A DNA stretch of 30,747 nt from a virus (Duplodnaviria; Caudoviricetes), in IMG/VR virus record IMGVR_UViG_3300042464_000625, positions 1-30,747 of that record; one strand, written 5' to 3'. Under the pieces are notes generated by a model, which was given only the letters and a program-made list of their open reading frames with translations, was not told the origin of the DNA and did no database searches. The position numbers were made by a program, and so were the translations under genes. Each line of letters begins with the position of its first letter. Position 1 is the stretch's first letter. Shown in pieces: positions 12,890 to 21,251 of this stretch.

Positions 12890-15800
12890 AGTCCGCAGCC
12901 TCCTTCGTTGAGTTTGTTCTTGAGATCGGCGACCTTTTGGCTGGCCTTGCCGGCCTGGCGGCCCTGCTCGGGCAGGGGCAGGCGTGGGGTGTCACCGCCA
13001 AATGGTTGCACCGGAATGACGGCAGTGGCGCCATCAGCATCCTTGACCCCATCCTTGACGGCCTTTTTGACCATGGCGCCATGGGCGGCAACCTGATCCA
13101 CGCTGAAGCCGGCGGCGGCCAAGGCCTCCCGGTATTTCTGGGCTGCCTTGGATTCGCCCTTGGTTCGATCGCTGGCCAGCATGTAGGCCGTGCGGTCCAG
13201 GTCTGATTCGAACTGCAACTTCTTGTTGCCGTAGCGCGGGGCCGCCTTGCTCAGGTCGGCGGGTAGGACGAACGGCGGGGCATTGCTGACCTCGGCGGCG
13301 ACCAGGGCCTTCCTGGCGGGTGGCGGTAGCTCGCCCACATCTTCCAGTTCAAGATCGATGGCCCGGCGCCGCAGATCGAATATCTGTTCGCCAATGTCAT
13401 CTAGCCGCTCATCCGATGCCTTCATGGCGTCAATCACGTCCCGCAGTGTTTCAGACAGCTTTTTGGGCTTGCCGTCACTGCTGGCCGCCACCGGCGATGG
13501 TTGAGTGGCTTTAGCGTCTTGCATCCGCTGACCAAAATCCTGGATAAATGCAGCCTGCGCCTCTTCTTTTGTCATGCCTTTATATTTCTTGCCACGCTCC
13601 AAGATCCAATCGGTCTCGAAAAGCTGGCTGGCCAATATTGAAAACGATTTTACGTCTGACTCTTTCATCTTTTGAATTACATCGCGCATTACACCGCTTA
13701 TTGACCCCTTGGCCGCAGGCTGCACTACCTCGGGGGTGATGGCTTTAGATGCGGCGGGCGGTAATGCATTAGACGCGGCGGGCGGTAATGCATTAGACGC
13801 GGCGGGCGGTAATGCGTCAGAATCGAGAGGGATACTCGTAATAAATTCGCTAAGTTCATCGTTCATACGGCCTAAAAATTTGCCGTGTTCTTTCATGTGA
13901 TATAACGCATTTGCCATAATTTCCAGCGTATCTCTGCCGTCTCCGTCTATTGGTGAGGCCAGCCAGGCATCCCCCACTCCGCTCTCCCGCTGCCGCTCTT
14001 CCCACGGCTTGAAGTCATACCCTGACGCCTCGCGCATGGCCTTCTCGACCTCCCAGCGCATCTGGGCATCGCTGGCCTGGTATTCAGCCCCCAGCACCAG
14101 ATCGTGTTGCGCATCGCCCCAGTCGCCACCCAACCCCTCGGGTACCTCCACGGGCCCGGTTTCCGTGGGCCGCACTTCGCCGTTGGCAATCGCCCGCTGC
14201 AGGGCGTGGCGCTCCAGGTCGGCCCTGGGCACCGGGGGCAGGACTTCAGGGGTGATGGCAGCCGGGGAGGGAGGGGCAGCCGTCGGGGCCACGGGGGCCG
14301 GGGTGTCAGCGCCGCTCCTGGTCGTCAGGCCCGCTTCGTTCAGCACTTGCTCAATGCTTTTGACGATCTCCTTCTGCACCTGTTTGGTGACGACATCGGC
14401 CTTTTCGCCGCTGGCGATGCGCTTGGCGCCCTCGTTCAGTGTGTCGGCCATGGGGCCCTTGACAGACTTGAGCGTGTCGAACATCGCCAGCGCCTGGGAA
14501 GCGTCCGCCACCCGCGCACCTGCCGCAGCGGCGTCAACTGAAGCAACGCCGGCCCCCTCAAACGCATCGGCGTTCTTGATGGCTGATCCAAATACCCGCT
14601 TCTCTTTGCCAAGCGCTCGGCGCACATCGGCAACCAGTTCTGCCCGCACAACCATCGGGGCCAAGACTTCTTCTTCAAAGCCTGGGAGCTTGCCCTGGCC
14701 GTCCTGCGGTTTTACGACGACGCTGCCTTGATCCCGCGCCACTTCGATGATTTCACGGAATGCGCCGGCCGACATCTTGGGCCGCTGCTGCAGCACCTGA
14801 TAGGCGCCGCGCATCCCCGCTTCATCCAGCCCCGACGCCCCCAGGTCCAGGAAGCGGCCTAGGTCGTGGGTTTCGTTGATGGCATCTTGAAATATCTCAG
14901 CCGGCAGTTTGCTCAAGGCCAGGCCCTGGCGGCCATAGCCCTTGTCGGTCGGGATCCCGGCGGCATCCAGCTGCGCCGCGTCAGCCAAGCCTGTGGCCTT
15001 GATGAACTTGGCCGCATCGAATGGCGTGCCGGCCCCGGCGGCAATGTTGGCCATGGCCCCCTCGGCCTTGGCGGCGGGAGGGGTTGTGGCGTCCACCTCG
15101 CGGGTGATCAATGACGGCACCCCAAGCCGCTCAGCCAGGGCCCGCCGGTTGTGGCCGTTGACGACCACGGTTTCGCCGGTCTTGGGATCGGTGAAGGTGT
15201 CCACCACCCCTTCCAGGTTGGGGTTCCACTTGTCCACTCCCCCCAGGGAATGGCCCATCTGCTCGCCCTTGGCGTTGACGTTTTCCTTGTACTGAAACTC
15301 CTTGGGCCTGGCGACGACCTTGCCGATTGGCGTCAGGGTCACATCGTCCCGCAACCGATTCGGCAGGATCGTGGTGCCCTGGGCTGAGAACTCTTTAATC
15401 CCCGCAACTATGTCTGGCCGGGTGAAGGCTTCCCAGTCGCGGCCGGTGGCGGCATGGATCAGCTCGAACAGCCGCGGGCTGGCCTCTGGGTGGGCCAACT
15501 CCTGCAATGTGACGGTCGGGATCTTGTCGAACTGCTTGATCCATGGCTCAAGGTCGCCAGCACCGTTCAGGTAGAGCTCGCTCAGGTTCGCGGTCGGCAT
15601 CCCGGCCGCATCCTCGCTGACCTCAGCCCTGATGCGTGGCACCGGCCTAGTGGCCACCACGTCATTGAGCTGCTGGAGCACCGGGCCACCATCGGCCCCA
15701 GCGACAGCCAGGGCCGCCAGCTCGTCGTCATCGAGGAGGCCCAGGGTTTTCTGGACATCGGCGACTTCGGGGAGGTCCCCGTTGTTCCAGAACTCTTCGG

Positions 15801-17061
15801 CTGGGTCGATCTGTGTTGCCGGGGGTTCCTCGGCAACCTGTAAGGAGGGCTTACCGGTTGGGGCGGGCGCGGCATCATCCGGCAGCCCGGGGGGCGGGGG
15901 CGGAACGGGGGCAGCGGGGTCTGGCACTGGCGCCACCCCTCCATCGTCCGCCGGCTTGCTGGGCTTAAACCGATCCAGGATCTGCTGCGTCCTTTCGTCC
16001 ACCGTCAGCTTCAGCGGCGCCGGCTTGGCCCTGCCGGCCTGGGTGAACTGCTGCCGGCCGTCCACGTCCTCCACCAGCCCCGCGGCCTTCACCGCCTCGT
16101 TGGCCGTGGTGTGTTCGGTGTTGGCCCGCAGCGCCCGCTTCTGCCTGGCGATGTTGGGGAACATGTCGCCGGCCTTGCCGAGCGCCCGCACGCCGCCGAC
16201 GATCCCCAGCCCCAGCACTTCCCCGCCGACCAGGTTGGGCAGCACCGACTTCATGCCGGCCGTCACCCGGTCATCCTTGAGGGGGTCCACTGCCCCAGGG
16301 ATCTTCTGGCCGGTCAACGCCTCGGCCATGTTCGACATATTGCCCTGGGTGGAGTCCTGGGTGAAGCTGCTCAGCCCGTGGGCAAGCCCCAGCCGGGTGC
16401 CCAGGCGCAGGCCCTTGCTGACCACGCTGGGCCCTTGAAACAGCTTGACCGGGGGGACCAGCACTGCGGTGCCGCCTTCCACCCCCAGCGATCGGGCTGT
16501 GGTATCGATGATGCCCCGCTGCGGCTCGGTCAGGTCCTCGGGTTGCTTGGCGCGATTCAGCGCATAGCCCTCGCGGACAAAGGCATTCAGCGCTCGCCCA
16601 GGGCGCGATGCTTTTGGATCGGCAAACTTTGCGCCCTTGAACACCCTTTGGCCGATGGCGATGGCGCCCTCGCCAGCCGTTTGCATGGCGCCATAGCTGA
16701 ATGCCGCCAGCCCTTGGCGCACGGTCGGGGAATGGCGGCCAATTTCACGAAGGAACCCTCCGCCAGGGTTGATCATGTTGGCAACTCTCGTCTTTGCATC
16801 CGTTCGCAACGGGCCGCCCGTCTGCGTGGCCTCCAAGCTCTGGATCACCTTGCCGGCGTACTTCAGCTCATTGGTGACGGCATGGGTGAGGTTTTGCCAC
16901 CACGGCTTCGCGGGGGCAGCCTTCTTGCCCTTGGGCTTCGGCTTCGGTTTGGCCTTGGGGGCCGGGGCCGCCGGGGCGTCCGGTATCGGGGTGTGATCGT
17001 TGGCCGTGTCGTCGCCGGTGAGGACGAGCTTCCCGTTTACGAAATCAACTTGTTGTGGCAT
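12886..17061 (-). CDS. Large internal virion protein with ParB/Srx-like domain (1391 aa)
   Basis: Located in the internal-protein block; Pro/Ala-rich linkers; FQYK...KWNPNLEG...VVVNGHNRRALAERLG carries a ParB-like GHxR motif. Confidence 0.7.
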   Translation of the reverse strand: MPQQVDFVNGKLVLTGDDTANDHTPIPDAPAAPAPKAKPKPKPKGKKAAPAKPWWQNLTHAVTNELKYAGKVIQSLEATQTGGPLRTDAKTRVANMINPGGGFLREIGRHSPTVRQGLAAFSYGAMQTAGEGAIAIGQRVFKGAKFADPKASRPGRALNAFVREGYALNRAKQPEDLTEPQRGIIDTTARSLGVEGGTAVLVPPVKLFQGPSVVSKGLRLGTRLGLAHGLSSFTQDSTQGNMSNMAEALTGQKIPGAVDPLKDDRVTAGMKSVLPNLVGGEVLGLGIVGGVRALGKAGDMFPNIARQKRALRANTEHTTANEAVKAAGLVEDVDGRQQFTQAGRAKPAPLKLTVDERTQQILDRFKPSKPADDGGVAPVPDPAAPVPPPPPGLPDDAAPAPTGKPSLQVAEEPPATQIDPAEEFWNNGDLPEVADVQKTLGLLDDDELAALAVAGADGGPVLQQLNDVVATRPVPRIRAEVSEDAAGMPTANLSELYLNGAGDLEPWIKQFDKIPTVTLQELAHPEASPRLFELIHAATGRDWEAFTRPDIVAGIKEFSAQGTTILPNRLRDDVTLTPIGKVVARPKEFQYKENVNAKGEQMGHSLGGVDKWNPNLEGVVDTFTDPKTGETVVVNGHNRRALAERLGVPSLITREVDATTPPAAKAEGAMANIAAGAGTPFDAAKFIKATGLADAAQLDAAGIPTDKGYGRQGLALSKLPAEIFQDAINETHDLGRFLDLGASGLDEAGMRGAYQVLQQRPKMSAGAFREIIEVARDQGSVVVKPQDGQGKLPGFEEEVLAPMVVRAELVADVRRALGKEKRVFGSAIKNADAFEGAGVASVDAAAAGARVADASQALAMFDTLKSVKGPMADTLNEGAKRIASGEKADVVTKQVQKEIVKSIEQVLNEAGLTTRSGADTPAPVAPTAAPPSPAAITPEVLPPVPRADLERHALQRAIANGEVRPTETGPVEVPEGLGGDWGDAQHDLVLGAEYQASDAQMRWEVEKAMREASGYDFKPWEERQRESGVGDAWLASPIDGDGRDTLEIMANALYHMKEHGKFLGRMNDELSEFITSIPLDSDALPPAASNALPPAASNALPPAASKAITPEVVQPAAKGSISGVMRDVIQKMKESDVKSFSILASQLFETDWILERGKKYKGMTKEEAQAAFIQDFGQRMQDAKATQPSPVAASSDGKPKKLSETLRDVIDAMKASDERLDDIGEQIFDLRRRAIDLELEDVGELPPPARKALVAAEVSNAPPFVLPADLSKAAPRYGNKKLQFESDLDRTAYMLASDRTKGESKAAQKYREALAAAGFSVDQVAAHGAMVKKAVKDGVKDADGATAVIPVQPFGGDTPRLPLPEQGRQAGKASQKVADLKNKLNEGGCGL
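13745..13815. repeat. In-frame 24-bp tandem repeat x3 (ALPPAASN)
   Basis: TTAGAYGCGGCGGGCGGTAATGCA repeated three times, the third lacking its last base. Confidence 0.9.
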
Positions 17062-17083
17062 CGGTCAGTCCCTCTGTTGGTGG

Positions 17084-19957
17084 TCAGTTCCCGCGAAACT
17101 CGAAGTGGCCGCCGTGGTCCCCGGGCCCCCCATAGCGGTGCAAGTACCAGCCATAGCGGGCGCCGTTCTTCTCGATCCAGTCATGCGATGCCCCGTGAAT
17201 ATCCATGGCATTGCCCCCCAGATGCTTCGACTTAGGTGCCCCCCCCACGGCCGCGTTTTTGCTTGCGGACCTTTGGGAGCTAGCAATGTCACTGGCTTTG
17301 ACTATCCCGCCAGAGTCGCGCACCATCGCCGCAAAGGCGTTCGCGGCAGACCGGCCAAACACAACTGGACGCCCCTTTGAGTCGCGGCCGCCGGGGACGG
17401 TGTACCCGCTGCCTGTCTCTGGGTGGGCGATGGCGACGGCGGGGCCTCGGTCCCACTGACCACCACCACCGCTTGGCGCCGTGGATCTTGCCGCCGGCCG
17501 CCGATACGGGTTGAAGGAAATCAGCCGTTGCGGTTGCGCCGGCATCCCCCCGGCCGGCATCCCCGCCGCGATTGATGGCTGGGTGCCGGTGATCGCATCG
17601 AGCGCCCACATCGAGGCCCTGGCCAGCACGGGATAGGCCGCGTTGGCCGCAGTGGCGACGTACCGCAGGGGAGTCGTTTCGGCGCTGCTGATCTCCTGCA
17701 GGTGCTTCATCGCCTTGGGAGTGATCGTCATGCCGTAGCGCTTCATCTGCCCCTCCAGGAATTCGGCCGGCGTCCGGGCCCTGCCATCCATGGCGGCCCG
17801 CTTGAGCTGGGGGCTGAAGCCCTTGCCGGACTGCAGCCGCACCAGCTCGGACTGGATGCCCTCCCGGTTCAGGATCGTTTCGTTCTGCCAGTTCAGCAAG
17901 CGCTGCTGACGCTTCGGGAAGTTGTCGAGCTGCTGGACGCCAAAGGTCGGGGGCGCCGCCTGTGCCGGCTTGCCGGTGGCGGCCGGGTCCGCAGGGGTCG
18001 CCATGGTGCCAGGGACCGATGGGGCGCCGCTGACCCGTCCGCCGGGGAACAGCGTTTTGTAGGCCGCCTTACTGGTGTCGCTCAGGGTGCCGTATTGCGT
18101 AGCGGCCTTCTGAGCAATCTCTTCCGTCTCGGCCTCGCTCAGCGATGCCCCTTTCTTCGCCGCTGCAGCGCTGATGGCGGCGTTGACATAGGGGAACAGG
18201 GCGTTCTTGAGGTTGGCCCTTGCCCGGTCCTTGTTTGCCAGCAGGCTCGTCAGGGCGTTGGGGGTCCGGGACAGCAACGCCTCCCGTTCGTTGCCCCCGT
18301 ACTCACGAGTCAAGGCGGCAGCGATTTCGCCCTCAACAATCCGATTCACTGCGCTTCGGAACAGGGTTCCGCCCTTGCCGTCCTTCTCCTTGACGATCGC
18401 CTCAAACTGGCGGTCCTTGGCCCCCCGGTCTTTGGGGTCGATGCTTTCCCGCTCCACCATCCAGCCCCGCCGGGCCTTCACCGGATCCCAGTCATCCCCG
18501 AACTGGCCCTGCAGCCCAAGGAGGTAATCATCGCCAGCGCCAGGGGCGTAGCTGTAGCCAGGGATGTCCTTGACCACTCCCACCATGCCCCCCAGCGACT
18601 TCAGGAACGGGGCCAGCGGGGCGCCAGGGTTCTCCTGCTGGTAGCGCTTGAGCTGGGCCTGGGCCCATGCCGCCTTCGCCTCTTCGTCCTGCGGGTCAAC
18701 TTGCAGCAGTCCTGGGAGGTCTGGTCGCCCGGTCAGCAGCATGTCTTCGGAGCTTTCGAGCAGTTGCTTCTCCCGCCGCTCCCGTTGCTTAAACGCATAT
18801 TCCCCATACTTCATTTCACTATCAATGCTTTCCAGCCTATACATGGCGCCAAGCGTCATGCGCTCTTTCTCGCCCGTCGCCGGGTTCGTCACAAGCGCTG
18901 GGCCAGTGCGGATCCCGCTGACAAACTTCTTAAACTGCGGATCATCGAGCCCGTTTGCATCGGCATTGGCGAACAGAACCTCGGCCACTTTCTTGCCGAA
19001 GTAAGTCGGCTCCCCCGTCAAGCCCATCTTTGCCGATTCGCCGTCAAGGATTATCTCTGCTTGGTTGTAAAGAGCCGCATCCATGGCCCTCTGGCTTTCG
19101 GGGCTGTCGTCGTTATTGATTGCCTGATTGCCAATGATGACTTGGCCTTCCTTGCGATACCGCTGGGCCTTAAAGTCCGCCCACAACGCCATAATCCGGG
19201 TTGCGGCAATGGGCGGCACGGTGGCTTTCACATACTCAACCTTGTCCCTCAGCGAGCGATTGGAGACCTTCTCCCAGGCTTGGTTGATCTTTGGCAGCGT
19301 GTTAGCCAGGAAGCCAGGCGTGGTTTCGTCCAGCGCATATTTCTGGGCCAGCTGCGTGGTCACATTGGCCCGCAGCCGCTGGAGCATGGCGGGCCCCTTG
19401 TCGCCGGCCGCCAGGATCGCAGCGGCGTTCTGCTCGTAGGCCGACTCCATTGCGGACCCGATCTCTGCGCCCGCCAGCGTGGCCAGCCCCCGCTGCACAC
19501 CCATCTGCCGGTAGGGGTTGAGCAGGTCCATCAAGAACCCGCCCTCGGGGTCTTTGGCCGCCAGCCTCCGATTCGCTGCGGCGTAGTCGTAACTGGCTGC
19601 CTCGTTGGTCCGGTCAGCTGTGCTCAGCGCCTGCAGGCTGGCGTTCCTTGCTTCGTCGTAGGCCTGCCGCTGGCCCCGCTGGGCCGCCGATGCAGCCGCA
19701 GATTCAGCGCCCTGCTGCAAGGTTGCAATCAGGCTGCGCGAGAACGGCGCCAGGGCCTCGGCCAGCTGCTGGCTGCGGTTGACGCCGCCGATGCTGGCCA
19801 TGCCGGGCCCCTGCAGCAGGGTGGCCCCGGGCAGCGCCGGCATCCCCGGAGGCGCGACCGGTGCGGCGAGCTGTATCTGCGCCGGCCGCACAAAGTCGGA
19901 GACCGGCCTGGCAGCCGGGTTAATCGAGCCCTGGGGGAGGTCGGACTGCGCCATCAA
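17084..19957 (-). CDS. Internal virion protein (gp15-like) with C-terminal M15-family Zn peptidase
   Basis: QLAEALAPFS near the N-terminus; C-terminal SSQRS...VGGAPKSKHLGGNAMDI...WIEKNGARYGW...HFEF contains SxHxxGxAxD. Confidence 0.8.
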   Translation of the reverse strand: MMAQSDLPQGSINPAARPVSDFVRPAQIQLAAPVAPPGMPALPGATLLQGPGMASIGGVNRSQQLAEALAPFSRSLIATLQQGAESAAASAAQRGQRQAYDEARNASLQALSTADRTNEAASYDYAAANRRLAAKDPEGGFLMDLLNPYRQMGVQRGLATLAGAEIGSAMESAYEQNAAAILAAGDKGPAMLQRLRANVTTQLAQKYALDETTPGFLANTLPKINQAWEKVSNRSLRDKVEYVKATVPPIAATRIMALWADFKAQRYRKEGQVIIGNQAINNDDSPESQRAMDAALYNQAEIILDGESAKMGLTGEPTYFGKKVAEVLFANADANGLDDPQFKKFVSGIRTGPALVTNPATGEKERMTLGAMYRLESIDSEMKYGEYAFKQRERREKQLLESSEDMLLTGRPDLPGLLQVDPQDEEAKAAWAQAQLKRYQQENPGAPLAPFLKSLGGMVGVVKDIPGYSYAPGAGDDYLLGLQGQFGDDWDPVKARRGWMVERESIDPKDRGAKDRQFEAIVKEKDGKGGTLFRSAVNRIVEGEIAAALTREYGGNEREALLSRTPNALTSLLANKDRARANLKNALFPYVNAAISAAAAKKGASLSEAETEEIAQKAATQYGTLSDTSKAAYKTLFPGGRVSGAPSVPGTMATPADPAATGKPAQAAPPTFGVQQLDNFPKRQQRLLNWQNETILNREGIQSELVRLQSGKGFSPQLKRAAMDGRARTPAEFLEGQMKRYGMTITPKAMKHLQEISSAETTPLRYVATAANAAYPVLARASMWALDAITGTQPSIAAGMPAGGMPAQPQRLISFNPYRRPAARSTAPSGGGGQWDRGPAVAIAHPETGSGYTVPGGRDSKGRPVVFGRSAANAFAAMVRDSGGIVKASDIASSQRSASKNAAVGGAPKSKHLGGNAMDIHGASHDWIEKNGARYGWYLHRYGGPGDHGGHFEFRGN

Positions 19958-20790
19958 TAGGCCCCCGCAGCGTCACCAAGGCCGGCCATGGCCGACCGTC
20001 TCATCCCCTGCTGGCTTTGCTGATAGGTACCAATGCCGCCCAGCAACGCGGTGCCAAGGCCCAGCCCGCCGATGCCACCGCTTGGAGCTACCCCTGTCAT
20101 CGAGGGGGCGGACGGCATCATCAGCGCAGGTAGCGGCACAAACGGCGCCATGGGTTCGATGTAGCGGGTGGGCTCGTAGAAGCTCTGGCTGTTCCATTGG
20201 CTCAGATACCGGCCAACGGACGCGGCCTGCTGGCGGGTGTATTGCTTGTCCTGGAGCTTCCTGTTGATGGCAGCGATCGAGTCGTAATCCCCGGCCTGCT
20301 TGGCGTAGTTGTTGATCAAGCGGTCCACCGATTGGCCCTGTCGATCCATGGCCTGCACCGACGCCCTGCCCTGCAGCGCCCGCCAGTGATACTGCTGCTG
20401 GGCCACCAGTTCTTGCATGGCCGCCTCTTGAAACTGGGCCGCCATGGCCTCTGAGTTGCCGACGAACTCCGCGCCCGCCGCTGCCCGGGTGTTTGCCACC
20501 AGGTCTGCCTGGCTTGCCTGTTTGGCCAGCTCAAAATTCTGCAGTTGGTGGACATAGGCCAACTGCTGGTTGTGTTGCAGCGTTGCTTGCCAATACTGCT
20601 GCTGAGATGCAGCGTCCTGAAATCTGGCATTCAGATCAGATTGCCATTTTGCAAACTTATTCGTTGCCTCCTGAAAAGACCTTTGGGCCCTGTATTCCTG
20701 CTGCTGCGCCTTGGCCTGGGCATTAGCGCCGAACAGCCCCAGGCCGGTGCTAACCGCTGAGATACCAAGCGAAATAGGGTTCAGAATCAC
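19954..20790 (-). CDS. Internal virion protein (gp14-like, 278 aa)
   Basis: GTG 20790 with upstream GGAGGT and GTGA overlap; hydrophobic N-terminus, Gln/Ala-rich helices, GQSVDRL motif. Confidence 0.75.
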   Translation of the reverse strand: MILNPISLGISAVSTGLGLFGANAQAKAQQQEYRAQRSFQEATNKFAKWQSDLNARFQDAASQQQYWQATLQHNQQLAYVHQLQNFELAKQASQADLVANTRAAAGAEFVGNSEAMAAQFQEAAMQELVAQQQYHWRALQGRASVQAMDRQGQSVDRLINNYAKQAGDYDSIAAINRKLQDKQYTRQQAASVGRYLSQWNSQSFYEPTRYIEPMAPFVPLPALMMPSAPSMTGVAPSGGIGGLGLGTALLGGIGTYQQSQQGMRRSAMAGLGDAAGAY

Positions 20791-21251
20791 AGCGACCTCC
20801 AGACATTGCAGAACAGCTGCCCATAAGGACCAAATGGCGCCGCGGCTTCGACTCGAAACTCCATCGCCTCCAGCCAGCACAGGGATTCTACGTTGGCCGC
20901 ATGGATCCAGTTCTCCACCATTGGATAGTCGCCCGCTTCCTCCTTGTAGGCCAGTAGCCAGTCGATCCATCGTCGCCCCTGCAGCGCCAGGGCGCGCCGC
21001 CGCTCGGGCGTGGCCGTCAGCGCATCGGTCGCCAGCAGCCAGATAATCGAGCCATTCAGGCCGCAGGCCCCCAGGGCCTCGCCGTTTTCTGCGCAGATGG
21101 AATGAACGATGTCCGACTCACGCACCGCCTCCCGGAGGGCCTCGGCGCCGCTGATGCCATAGGCGTACCGGCATTCGAGATCGTCGCTATGGCGCAGGTT
21201 GGCCGCCACCGCTTCGACGTGTTTTGCTGTTGCCGGGCATAGCTTGATCAT
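20787..21251 (-). CDS. T7 gp13-like / acetyltransferase-fold virion assembly protein (154 aa)
   Basis: ATGA overlap at 21248-21251; VAANLRHSDDLEC...IIWLLAT...ENWIHAANVESLCWLEAMEF pattern. Confidence 0.75.
   Translation of the reverse strand: MIKLCPATAKHVEAVAANLRHSDDLECRYAYGISGAEALREAVRESDIVHSICAENGEALGACGLNGSIIWLLATDALTATPERRRALALQGRRWIDWLLAYKEEAGDYPMVENWIHAANVESLCWLEAMEFRVEAAAPFGPYGQLFCNVWRSL

Noticed and set aside
17702-19960. 752-aa + strand ORF and other long antisense ORFs (e.g. 16111..17235, 21251..22387)
   Set aside because: Shadow frames of GC-rich minus-strand structural genes; no recognisable motifs.
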